From an uncultured Erysipelotrichaceae bacterium (GTDB taxonomy: Bacteria > Bacillota_I > Bacilli_A > Erysipelotrichales > Erysipelotrichaceae), in contig CAYWGS010000008.1 in NCBI GenBank assembly GCA_964457525.1, forward strand, positions 1-28,754: a stretch of 28,754 nucleotides of DNA. Direction: 5' to 3'. Within the stretch, counting starts at the first letter, position 1; every line of letters begins with the position of its first letter. The translations under genes and the position numbers were made by a program. Below the pieces are notes generated by a model. The model searched no databases. It saw only the letters and a list, made by a program, of their open reading frames with translations, and had not been told where the DNA came from. Shown here one piece after another: positions 14,641-22,305 of this stretch.

Positions 14641-16650
14641 ATGAACGCGAGTGATTTACATATTTTATTAGATAATGCCGCAATCTTAATCGCTTCAACA
14701 TTACTCTATCAAGTATCAACCTATATTAAAGAGACATACGATCATTCATCAGAAGTGTTCGATGCCTTTTTATTTGGTTTAATTGGGATATTAATAATGA
14801 GTTTTCCTTTTACTCCAACATTAGGTCTGTATATCGATACTCGATCCATCCTTGTTGGTTTAATTGCATATATTTTTGGTGGAAAAAGAAGTATTTTTCT
14901 TATGATTCTTCTCAGTATTTATCGATTCATTTTAGGGGGAGATGGAACGATTATTGGAATATCAATTATTCTTAGTAGTGGATTATTGGGGTATTTATTT
15001 AGGAAGATTAATACACCATTTTTAAGAATTTACTCTTCATTAAATTTCTATTTATTGGGACTTATCATCCATATCTTAATGACAATCTCGATTATGGTGA
15101 TGGCAAAGGAAGAGTATATTACTGCATTCTATAATTCGATTGTACCTTTGATAATTGTATTTCCACTTACAACAGTCGTCGTAGGAAAACTCTTCATGAT
15201 TCAAAGGGAACTTGTTAATCAACTCCAACTAACACGATTTGCGGAGAGACGTTTTAGATCATTATTTGAACAAGCTCAAATTGGTATTTGTTATTTGGAT
15301 AGTAATGGGGTTTTATTAAATACCAATGATTATTTCAATGGGATGTTTCAATATTCCAATGATGAGTTTAATAATATGAGTATTAATCATTTAATTCATA
15401 AGGGTGAAAATGATCACGAAAATACACTTCAACCTCTTTTTGATGACAATAAACCAACGAGTCACACTGTTGAAAAACGAATGATAAGAAAAGATGGTTC
15501 ATTCTTCTGGGCGAATATTAGTGTTTCAAAGATACGTTTCAATAATGAAAATCTTTTTATGAGTACGGTTATTGATATTAGCGAGCGAAAAAAAGCAGAA
15601 GAGATGTTACATTATTTGAACTATCATGATCAAACAACAGGTTTATATAATCGACATTACTATGAATCAAATATTGTTAAGTTGGATAAAGTTGAGAATT
15701 ATCCATTAACTCTATTAAAGATTGATATCAATGGTATGAAACTCATTAATGATGCATTTGGTTATGAGATGGGGGATACACTTGTTAAGCGAGTGGTTAA
15801 TTTAATCAAACCGATTGTTTACAATTCTGATATGTTCTGTCGATTTGGGGGGAGTGATTTTATTATCGTTTATACCAAAGTACAAAAGTCCTATATCGAT
15901 ATCATCTTAGCTCAAATAAACCATGTGATGGTCAATGAAACCATACAGAATATCAAAGTATCTGTTTCTTCTGCCTATGCAGTTAAACAATCATCGGATG
16001 ATAGTCTTGTATCTGTATTGAAGAAAGCAGAGATGCGATTAAGTCGAGAGAAGTTGATTGATACCAGTAGTATGTTAAGTCGTACGATTGAAATTATTAT
16101 GAACTCGTTGTATGAAAAGAATTCACGTGAAATGGAACATTCACAACGTGTTGCGGAATGGTGTGAAAAGATGGCGCTTAAGATGAACTTAGACTCACAC
16201 ATTGTTTCTAAATTAAGAATTGCTGGATTGATGCATGATATTGGTAAGATTGGTGTTCCTGATTCAATCTTAGATAAACCGGATCGATTGACTGAAGAAG
16301 AGTTTAACTTAATTCGTAAACATTCAGAAGTGGGTTATCGTATTCTTAGTGCTGCGAACGAATTCTCAGAAATAGCGGATTATATTCTTGCTCATCATGA
16401 ACGTTGGGATGGTACAGGCTACCCTAAAGGTTTAAAAGGAAATGATATTCCAGTTTATTCCAGAATTATCTCCGTAGCGGATTCATTTGATGCGATGACA
16501 TCGGATCGTGCATATCGAAAAGCAATGACAATCGATGAAGCACGATTAGAAATAATCCGTCATTCGAATGTTCAGTTTGATCCAAGTATTGTAAAAGTAT
16601 TTCTAGAAATAATGGATGAAGAAATACGGCCAACTTTTAAAATGAATTAA
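14641..16650 (+). CDS. Membrane sensor: 5TMR-LYT-like N-terminal domain, PAS, degenerate GGDEF (GGSDF), and HD-GYP phosphodiesterase domain
   Basis: About 190 aa of TM helices come first. A PAS-like region follows (RFRSLFEQAQIGICYLDSNGVLL ... DGSFFWANISVS). The GGDEF-fold region (YHDQTTGLYNRHYY ... RFGGSDFII) has a non-canonical signature. The HD-GYP domain is intact (HSQRVAEW, MHDIGKIGVPDSIL, HHERWDGTGYPKGL). The ATG at 14641 follows GAGG. Confidence 0.8.
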   Translation: MNASDLHILLDNAAILIASTLLYQVSTYIKETYDHSSEVFDAFLFGLIGILIMSFPFTPTLGLYIDTRSILVGLIAYIFGGKRSIFLMILLSIYRFILGGDGTIIGISIILSSGLLGYLFRKINTPFLRIYSSLNFYLLGLIIHILMTISIMVMAKEEYITAFYNSIVPLIIVFPLTTVVVGKLFMIQRELVNQLQLTRFAERRFRSLFEQAQIGICYLDSNGVLLNTNDYFNGMFQYSNDEFNNMSINHLIHKGENDHENTLQPLFDDNKPTSHTVEKRMIRKDGSFFWANISVSKIRFNNENLFMSTVIDISERKKAEEMLHYLNYHDQTTGLYNRHYYESNIVKLDKVENYPLTLLKIDINGMKLINDAFGYEMGDTLVKRVVNLIKPIVYNSDMFCRFGGSDFIIVYTKVQKSYIDIILAQINHVMVNETIQNIKVSVSSAYAVKQSSDDSLVSVLKKAEMRLSREKLIDTSSMLSRTIEIIMNSLYEKNSREMEHSQRVAEWCEKMALKMNLDSHIVSKLRIAGLMHDIGKIGVPDSILDKPDRLTEEEFNLIRKHSEVGYRILSAANEFSEIADYILAHHERWDGTGYPKGLKGNDIPVYSRIISVADSFDAMTSDRAYRKAMTIDEARLEIIRHSNVQFDPSIVKVFLEIMDEEIRPTFKMN

Positions 16651-16660
16651 ATAAAAAAGA

Positions 16661-16689
16661 TTGACAAGATAATAAGGCACTGTTATTAT
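16661..16689 (+). promoter_or_regulatory. Sigma-A-type promoter of the T-box/metNIQ unit
   Basis: TTGACA (16661-16666), a 17-nt spacer, then TATTAT (16684-16689). Confidence 0.7.
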
Positions 16690-16696
16690 GTCAATC

Positions 16697-16959
16697 ATAA
16701 AAGCGTTGAAGAGAAGAGTAAACGGTGGATGATTTCATAGAGAGCCCTGGAGTGCTGAAAGGGGTAAATCAAAAACAGTTGAACATGGTCTTGGAGCAAG
16801 CATACCGATGGGAAACCTTAGATTATGCCGGATTCGCCCGTTACAGCGATAGAGTATAACCTTTCATAGGCGTACTTGATAAGGTTTATAAAGTGATTTA
16901 TAAACGAACATAGGTGGTAACACGGGTAAGCCCTCGTCCTTAGTGATGGGGGCTTTTTT
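16697..16959 (+). promoter_or_regulatory. T-box riboswitch leader, probable Met (AUG) specifier, controlling metNIQ
   Basis: The Stem I 5' side GCGUUGAAGAGAAGAGUA closely parallels the B. subtilis glyQS leader (GCGAUGAGAAGAAGAGUA). AG bay AGAGAG is at 16739-16744 and distal loop GGAGUGCUGAAAGG follows. The specifier-loop 3' side is GAAC-AUG-G (AUG at 16785-16787), then UCUUGGAGCA. The T-box sequence UAGGUGGUAACACGGG has UGGU at 16915-16918. A terminator hairpin and U-tract lie immediately before the metN SD. Confidence 0.8.
16928..16959 (+). terminator. T-box intrinsic terminator (attenuator)
   Basis: AGCCC (16929-16933) pairs with GGGCU (16950-16954) and is followed by UUUUUU. The 5' arm overlaps the T-box antiterminator sequence. 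Confidence 0.7.
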
Positions 16960-16974
16960 GTATAGGAGGAAACT

Positions 16975-17712
16975 ATGATAGAAATCAAAGGGTTAAAGAA
17001 AAGCTTTAATACAGCAAATGGAACACTTGTAGCGCTGGATAATGTCAACCTAAGTTTAGATAAAGGTGAAATGGTTGGGATAATCGGTATGTCAGGTGCA
17101 GGCAAGACAACCTTATTGCGTTGCTTAAGCTTACTTGAGAAACCAGATGAGGGTGAAATATTGATTGATCACTTGAATCTTCTTGAGGCGAAGGATGATC
17201 GAATGCGTGAATATCGTCAAAAGATTGGGGTCGTATTTCAAGGAAATCAATTACTTAAACAACGAAATGTGTATGATAATATCGCTTTTCCACTTACATT
17301 AAGAAACGATAAGAAAGAGAACTATGATCAAAAAATCAGAAACTTAATTGAACTCGTTGGATTAAGTGGTAAAGAATTAAGTTATCCATCTCAATTATCG
17401 GGTGGTCAGAAACAAAGAGTTGCGATCGCACGAGCGCTTGCGAGTAGTCCAGATTTACTTTTATTGGATGAACCCACAAGTGCACTTGATTCCATCACAA
17501 CACGAGCTTTATTGGAACTCTTAAAAGAGATTCATGAAAAAACACATGCGACAATCTTGATCATTACACATGAGTTAAGTGTTGTACAAAAGGTATGTGA
17601 AAAAGTAGTTGTGATTGATGGTGGTCAGTTCATAGAACAGGGTCGAGTAGAAGATATCTTCAATCATCCGCAACACAAAACAACTCGTTTACTTCTTGGA
17701 TTGGAGAACTAA
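16975..17712 (+). CDS. metN: Methionine-type ABC importer ATP-binding protein, lacking the C-terminal NIL domain
   Basis: 245 aa. Walker A GMSGAGKTT, signature LSGGQKQR, Walker B LLLLDEPTSALD. Sits in MetN-MetI-MetQ gene order behind a T-box(Met) leader. SD AGGAGGA. Confidence 0.8.
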   Translation: MIEIKGLKKSFNTANGTLVALDNVNLSLDKGEMVGIIGMSGAGKTTLLRCLSLLEKPDEGEILIDHLNLLEAKDDRMREYRQKIGVVFQGNQLLKQRNVYDNIAFPLTLRNDKKENYDQKIRNLIELVGLSGKELSYPSQLSGGQKQRVAIARALASSPDLLLLDEPTSALDSITTRALLELLKEIHEKTHATILIITHELSVVQKVCEKVVVIDGGQFIEQGRVEDIFNHPQHKTTRLLLGLEN

Positions 17713-17713
17713 T

Positions 17714-18373
17714 ATGACAAATGCACAATTATTTGAACTCTTATCACAAGGTTTAGTGGACACGATATGGATTATATTAGGTTCGAGCTTTATTGCGTAT
17801 GCATTTGGATTTCCATTAGGAGTACTTATTACCTTAACTCGTAAAGATGGATTATACCCAAAACCAGTATTATCCCTTAGCTTAAACCGAGTGATTAATG
17901 TATTTAGAAGTATTCCATTTTATATCTTAGTTGTTGCATTAATGCCATTCTCACGCTTTGTCGTGGGGACGAGCTTAGGTATTAAAGCTACCATTTTCTC
18001 CCTATCTGTCGGAGCCATTCCATTTGTAGCACGACTGGTTGAAAGTGCACTTCTTGAAGTTGATCAAGACATGATTGAGTCCGTTATTACGATGGGCGCA
18101 AGTAAGTTACAAATTGTAACAAAGGTTCTCTTCAGAGAAGCACTCCCACAACTTATACAAGGTTTATCCATTACGATGATTATGTTAGTTGGATATTCCG
18201 CAATGGCAGGGCTTATGGGAGGTGGAGGATTAGGTGATATTGCGATTCGATATGGATACTATCGTTACAATTACACCATTATGTATTATGCTTTAATTAT
18301 ATTAATTGTATGTGTTGAAATTATACAAACATCGATCGCATGGATCGTACGAAAAATAGATAAACGAAACTAG
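17714..18373 (+). CDS. metI: Methionine-type ABC importer permease
   Basis: About 219 aa with 5 predicted TM helices and an EAA-like loop (ESVITMGASKLQIVTKVLFREALPQL). The ATG at 17714 follows GGAGA; the ORF track starts at a TTG at 17696. Confidence 0.8.
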   Translation: MTNAQLFELLSQGLVDTIWIILGSSFIAYAFGFPLGVLITLTRKDGLYPKPVLSLSLNRVINVFRSIPFYILVVALMPFSRFVVGTSLGIKATIFSLSVGAIPFVARLVESALLEVDQDMIESVITMGASKLQIVTKVLFREALPQLIQGLSITMIMLVGYSAMAGLMGGGGLGDIAIRYGYYRYNYTIMYYALIILIVCVEIIQTSIAWIVRKIDKRN

Positions 18374-18385
18374 AGGAACATAAAC

Positions 18386-19189
18386 ATGAAAAAAATTAAA
18401 TTTGGCTTAGCCTTTATCGCTCTTATATTAGCTTTAACTGGATGTGCAACTGAGAAAAAAGATACCGTTATTAAAGTAGGCGCATCCGTAACGCCGCATG
18501 CAGAAATTTTAGAAGTCATTAAACCACTCTTAGAAGCGAAGGGTTATACTTTAGAAATTGTTCAGTTTACTGATTATGTCTTACCGAATACCAATTTAGA
18601 GGAAGGTGAATTGGATGCGAACTATTTCCAACACGTTCCATACCTAACCGATTTTAATACAGAAAATGGTACCGATATTGTGTCTGTATTAGCTGTACAC
18701 TTTGAACCATTAGGCTTATACCCAGGTAAAACAGCTTCTGTTGATTTATTAGCGGATGGCGCAAAGATTGCGGTTCCAAATGATGCGACAAACGAAGCAC
18801 GTGCTTTAAACCTATTACAAGACTTAGGCTTAATTTCACTTGATCCAAGTAAGAAAGAAACCGCAACGAAGTTAGATATTATTTCAAATCCAAAGAATTT
18901 AGATATTGTTGAATTGGAAGCAGCACAATTAGCACGTTCATTACAGGATGTGGATTTAGCGGTTATCAATGGTAACTATGCACTCGAAGCTGGAATTACC
19001 GATACAGTTCTAACGACTGAAGATAAAGCTTCGGATGCGGCGCTTAAATATGCGAATATTCTAGCTGTTAAAGCTGGTAATGAGACAACTGAAAAAACAC
19101 TTGTTCTTATTGAAGCTCTAAGATCTGCAGAAGTTAAACAATTTATCCAAGATAATTACTATCCAGTTGTAATTTCTGTTACTGAGTAA
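18386..19189 (+). CDS. metQ: MetQ/NlpA-family substrate-binding lipoprotein
   Basis: 267 aa. Signal peptide with lipobox LALTGC (Cys20). NYFQHVPYL and AVPNDATNEARAL are typical of the NlpA/MetQ family. Confidence 0.8.
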   Translation: MKKIKFGLAFIALILALTGCATEKKDTVIKVGASVTPHAEILEVIKPLLEAKGYTLEIVQFTDYVLPNTNLEEGELDANYFQHVPYLTDFNTENGTDIVSVLAVHFEPLGLYPGKTASVDLLADGAKIAVPNDATNEARALNLLQDLGLISLDPSKKETATKLDIISNPKNLDIVELEAAQLARSLQDVDLAVINGNYALEAGITDTVLTTEDKASDAALKYANILAVKAGNETTEKTLVLIEALRSAEVKQFIQDNYYPVVISVTE

Positions 19190-19192
19190 TCA

Positions 19193-19218
19193 AACCTCCT
19201 TATGGAGGTTTTCGCTTT
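19193..19218 (+). terminator. Probable terminator after metQ
   Basis: AACCTCC / loop TTAT / GGAGGTT, followed by TTCGCTTT (interrupted T-tract). Confidence 0.6.
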
Positions 19219-19224
19219 ACATAG

Positions 19225-19230
19225 TATAAT
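19225..19230 (+). promoter_or_regulatory. -10 element (TATAAT) positioned for a leaderless ferredoxin transcript
   Basis: TATAAT-TAATAT-ATG. There is no SD and no convincing -35, because that region is the metQ terminator. Confidence 0.35.
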
Positions 19231-19236
19231 TAATAT

Positions 19237-19728
19237 ATGAAACAACACAGTGAACAAGAACTAAGTAAGATTCAAAGTATTTTAGACTATTATCGAGATT
19301 CGTTTTTACCACTTGACCAACAATCCTTGATAACTTGTCTAAAAGAAATTCAAGCTGAATTTAACTATATACCAATGGAAAGCTATCCTGGTATTATTTC
19401 TCTTTTTAATACGAGTCCTCAAATTATTAAATCGATTATTCATCGTTTCCCAAGTCTTATTGAAGAAGGGGGACCTCATCTCTTACTGATGTGTAGTGGA
19501 GATCGATGTAAAGAAAAGGGTGGATATCAGTTTATTAAAGAGGTTGAAGATTATTTGGGTTGTTCAGTTGGTGGAATTAGTAAGGATGGGTTATTCGAGC
19601 TAAAAACACAGAGTTGTTTGAGACGTTGTGCTAAAGGGAAGAATTTGAATATTGATACAACGCAGTATACAGAAATGACCTTTGATAAGTTAAAACCGAT
19701 TATTGATCAGATGCGTAAACAAAAATAG
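19237..19728 (+). CDS. Thioredoxin-like [2Fe-2S] ferredoxin (NuoE/HndA-like), stand-alone
   Basis: 163 aa. The Cys pattern CSGDRC (C-x4-C) followed by CLRRC (C-x3-C) matches the NuoE-type cluster ligands. There is no SD, and TATAAT ends 6 nt before the ATG. Confidence 0.6.
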   Translation: MKQHSEQELSKIQSILDYYRDSFLPLDQQSLITCLKEIQAEFNYIPMESYPGIISLFNTSPQIIKSIIHRFPSLIEEGGPHLLLMCSGDRCKEKGGYQFIKEVEDYLGCSVGGISKDGLFELKTQSCLRRCAKGKNLNIDTTQYTEMTFDKLKPIIDQMRKQK

Positions 19729-20469
19729 AGAGTCATCATCATTTGACTCTTTTATTTGGCATTCAGGCTCTAAGAAAAATTGATTCAAGCTGTCTCTATT
19801 AAATACTTCAGTATGACCATGAATTGCGTATTCGAAATCATATTTAAAGAGTGATTCTTTTAAATCATTGTATTTTTTGGATGTATAATGCATATCTCCA
19901 TGATGATAATCAGGCGAAATAATATCACCTAAGAAGATAACCTTTTCTTCTGGCACATAAATAACAATACTATCGGACGCATGATCATTATCGATGTGTT
20001 GTAAGATACATTCCTTATCACCAAGATGTATAACTCGTTTATCTTCAAATGTAATATCAGCTAAACGAACTTGTATGGTTTGTGGATTAGTATATTCAAT
20101 ACGAATATTCTGGTCACAAAACTCGATATCTTCACCAGTCTCTAATCGTTTTCTCATCGACTCATCATCCCATTTCCAATGACTCATTTCGATTAACTTA
20201 TCTTGAGTTAATTGCGAACAGATTGTTGGGATTTTGGTAGCGGATAAACCATAAACATGATCCCAGTGCCAATGGGTAAGTAGGATAAAATCGGGTAATG
20301 GAAGTCCAATTTTAGTGCATTCTTGTATAAAATCATTAAAATGAGCTGGAGAATTACCCGCATCAATCATTACATTATATCGGCTTCCTTTGATATAGCC
20401 TAAACGAGGTCGATCGTTACTTGAATCAAAATCAGAGATGTAAACACTTTGTGTAATTTGGGTTAACAT
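19690..20469 (-). CDS. Metallo-beta-lactamase-fold hydrolase
   Basis: Contains the THWHWDHVYG (HxHxDH) motif and later His/Asp ligands. I prefer the ATG at 20469 (MLTQITQ). The TTG at 20496 in the ORF track lies inside a terminator/promoter region. The 3' end overlaps the convergent ferredoxin gene by 39 nt. Confidence 0.75.
   Translation of the reverse strand: MLTQITQSVYISDFDSSNDRPRLGYIKGSRYNVMIDAGNSPAHFNDFIQECTKIGLPLPDFILLTHWHWDHVYGLSATKIPTICSQLTQDKLIEMSHWKWDDESMRKRLETGEDIEFCDQNIRIEYTNPQTIQVRLADITFEDKRVIHLGDKECILQHIDNDHASDSIVIYVPEEKVIFLGDIISPDYHHGDMHYTSKKYNDLKESLFKYDFEYAIHGHTEVFNRDSLNQFFLEPECQIKESNDDDSLFLFTHLINNRF
19729..19757 (+). terminator. Terminator after the ferredoxin gene, embedded in the 3' end of the convergent MBL CDS
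   Basis: AGAGTCA / 8-nt loop / TGACTCT, followed by TTTATTT. It starts 1 nt after the TAG stop at 19726-19728. Confidence 0.65.
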
Positions 20470-20475
20470 AGGCAA

Positions 20476-20484
20476 ATTATAGCA
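20476..20484 (-). promoter_or_regulatory. Extended -10 promoter (TGCTATAAT) positioned for a leaderless MBL transcript
   Basis: Minus strand reads TGC-TATAAT-TTGCCT-ATG. The -10 ends 6 nt before the ATG at 20469 and there is no SD. Confidence 0.5.
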
Positions 20485-20485
20485 T

Positions 20486-20514
20486 AAAAAAAGCAACTCC
20501 TTTTTAGAGCTGCT
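20486..20514 (-). terminator. Rho-independent terminator after the siderophore ABC operon
   Basis: Minus-strand RNA AGCAGCUCU / loop AAAAA / GGAGUUGCU (9 bp including 2 G-U pairs), followed by UUUUUUU. It begins 9 nt after the SBP stop codon. Confidence 0.7.
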
Positions 20515-20522
20515 AGATAATT

Positions 20523-21512
20523 TTATTCGACTAATGTTGGGACAGTAATGCTTTGACCAATTGTTTCAAGGTATTGATTCATGTCGACAATCATTTGTAA
20601 ACTTGCCTTGAATCCACCCGATGTTAAGTACCAAGCACTCGCATCGAGTTCATACACTTGACCATTTTTAGCCGCATTGGTTTGTTGGATTAATTCATTG
20701 GCTAGGACATCATCAAGAGTTGCTTCATTACCAACACTTGCGCCACGATCCATTAAGAATAAGATATCAGGATTTGTTTCAAGTACATATTCGAAGGATA
20801 CTTGTTTTCCATGACTTCCGCCTTCTTCTGTATTCGTATCGGATGCGCCATAACCAAATTCATCATAGATCATCTTATATCGTCCAGCTGGACCATAGTA
20901 TGAAATTGCATTCGCATTGACGAGTAAGAACATTGCGTTTGTATCTACAGTCTTTGTTTTAATCTCATCAAATGCGCCAAGGATTAATTCTAAATTCTGA
21001 TTTAACTTGTCCGCAATCCCTGGGAAGATGGTTGCTAAGTTTGTTACGTTTTGCGTTAATCCTTCACTTAAATCAGAGTTTGGAAGTGTAACATCTAAGA
21101 AATCTGCATTAGGATAAGCTTCCTTAAGCGTTTCATAGAGCGTTGCGGAACGACCACCTATAATGATAAGTTCAGGATCAAATAGGTCTAAATCATCTAA
21201 ACTAGCTTCAAATAGAGTACCTACATTCTTGTAGGGTTCAGCTCCGTATTCACTTAATGAAGCAGGTAAATTGGCTTGTGGTACTCCAAGTAAATCAATA
21301 CCAGCTGCTTCAAGTCCAACGGTATCTAAGATATCTAAGATATCGTAATTAAATATTGCGACACGAGAAGGATTTGTTTTAACTTCTCGAGTAGAGATTG
21401 CGTCTGTAATACTAACAACTTCACGTGTTTCTAGATCAACTTTTGGTGTTGTAGCGCATGCACTTAAACTAAGTGCGATAAATAGGATAAATAATGATTT
21501 TAGGGTTTTCAT
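20523..21512 (-). CDS. Siderophore-type ABC substrate-binding lipoprotein (YclQ/FatB-like, Peripla_BP_2 fold)
   Basis: Starts MKTLKSLFILFIALSLSAC with a lipobox (Cys19), after AGAGG. Sequence resembles B. subtilis YclQ along its length (VAIFNYDILDILDTVGL, PELIIIGGRS, SFEYVLETNPDILFLMDRGA, AAKNGQVYELDASAWYL). The ORF-track N-terminal extension to 21614 overlaps the ATPase gene. Confidence 0.8.
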   Translation of the reverse strand: MKTLKSLFILFIALSLSACATTPKVDLETREVVSITDAISTREVKTNPSRVAIFNYDILDILDTVGLEAAGIDLLGVPQANLPASLSEYGAEPYKNVGTLFEASLDDLDLFDPELIIIGGRSATLYETLKEAYPNADFLDVTLPNSDLSEGLTQNVTNLATIFPGIADKLNQNLELILGAFDEIKTKTVDTNAMFLLVNANAISYYGPAGRYKMIYDEFGYGASDTNTEEGGSHGKQVSFEYVLETNPDILFLMDRGASVGNEATLDDVLANELIQQTNAAKNGQVYELDASAWYLTSGGFKASLQMIVDMNQYLETIGQSITVPTLVE

Positions 21513-21537
21513 ATAACCTCTTTCTAAGTTCTTTTCT

Positions 21538-22305
21538 TTACGATTGAACAGCTTTATACATACATACTTTTTGACCATTGATGCATTCAACACAGAAATC
21601 ATGGTCATAAACATGATCTAAGATATCTTTCTCTATGATGTCATTGGTTTCACCTTCATAGAGAATTTCCCCTCCTTTCATTGCGATAATATGATCCGCG
21701 AATGTGGCGGCAATGTTTATATCATGAACCACCACAACAATCGTTTTATTAAAGTCTTTTACCAATCGTTGTAATATGTTCATCATCTCAACGGCATAAC
21801 GCATATCCAGATTGTTAAGAGGTTCATCAAGGAAGACATATTCCGTATCTTGTGCCAAGATCATTGCGATGTAGGCTCGTTGTTTTTGCCCTCCCGAGAG
21901 TTGATCGATAAATCGATCCTGAACGTCAACTAAATCTAGATACGCTAAGCATTCATCAATCTTTTGATGATCAAATGCATTGAGATGTCCAAGCGAATGT
22001 GGATATCGTCCAAATGCGACCAAGTCTCTAACACTTAATCGAACTTGTAAGGGATTGGATTGTTTAAGAATAGCCAATCGCTTTGCGATATCTCGAGTCT
22101 TAAGATTCTTTATATCAACACCATCAATCAGTACTTCACCTTTTGATGGATTGAGTAATCGGGAGATTACATTAACTAAGGTAGATTTACCAGCTCCATT
22201 CGCTCCAATAAGAGCGGTAATTTTCTTTTCTGGTATAACAATGGAGACATCATTTAAGACCTGTTTCTCTCCATAGGATTGCGATAATTGTCGTATTTCG
22301 ATCAT
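21538..22305 (-). CDS. Iron-siderophore ABC transporter ATP-binding protein (FepC/FecE/YclP-like)
   Basis: 255 aa. Walker A GANGAGKST, signature LSGGQKQR, Walker B VFLDEPLNNLD. SD GGAGGG. ATGA-type overlap with the upstream permease gene. Confidence 0.85.
   Translation of the reverse strand: MIEIRQLSQSYGEKQVLNDVSIVIPEKKITALIGANGAGKSTLVNVISRLLNPSKGEVLIDGVDIKNLKTRDIAKRLAILKQSNPLQVRLSVRDLVAFGRYPHSLGHLNAFDHQKIDECLAYLDLVDVQDRFIDQLSGGQKQRAYIAMILAQDTEYVFLDEPLNNLDMRYAVEMMNILQRLVKDFNKTIVVVVHDINIAATFADHIIAMKGGEILYEGETNDIIEKDILDHVYDHDFCVECINGQKVCMYKAVQS

Noticed and set aside
16781-16790. His (CAU) as the T-box specifier codon
   Set aside because: CAU directly follows the S-turn GAA. However, the UGGU bulge predicts an A73 discriminator (tRNA-Met, not the C73 of tRNA-His). 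AUG sits in the codon-plus-purine position next to the closing helix, and the regulated genes are MetNIQ-type. This is retained only as a minority reading.
16651-16974. SAM (S-box) riboswitch expected upstream of a methionine transporter
   Set aside because: The leader has the T-box hallmarks instead: AG bay, distal loop, GGUGGUAAC and a terminator/antiterminator pair. It lacks the S-box four-way junction consensus.
16818-17105. 95-aa minus-strand ORF spanning the metN upstream region
   Set aside because: It lies antisense across the T-box leader, its terminator and the metN start. The sequence is explained by the riboswitch and metN, and the ORF has no SD or family-like motifs.
20470-20500. 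TTG start at 20496 with an apparent GGAG SD for the MBL hydrolase
   Set aside because: The GGAG abuts the TTG with zero spacing. It forms the 3' arm of the terminator hairpin of the upstream siderophore operon, and the intervening bases are its U-tract plus a TGCTATAAT promoter.
21513-21614. 34-codon N-terminal extension of the siderophore-binding protein ORF
   Set aside because: It overlaps the 3' end of the ATPase gene. The lipoprotein signal peptide with its lipobox starts at the ATG at 21512, which is preceded by AGAGG.
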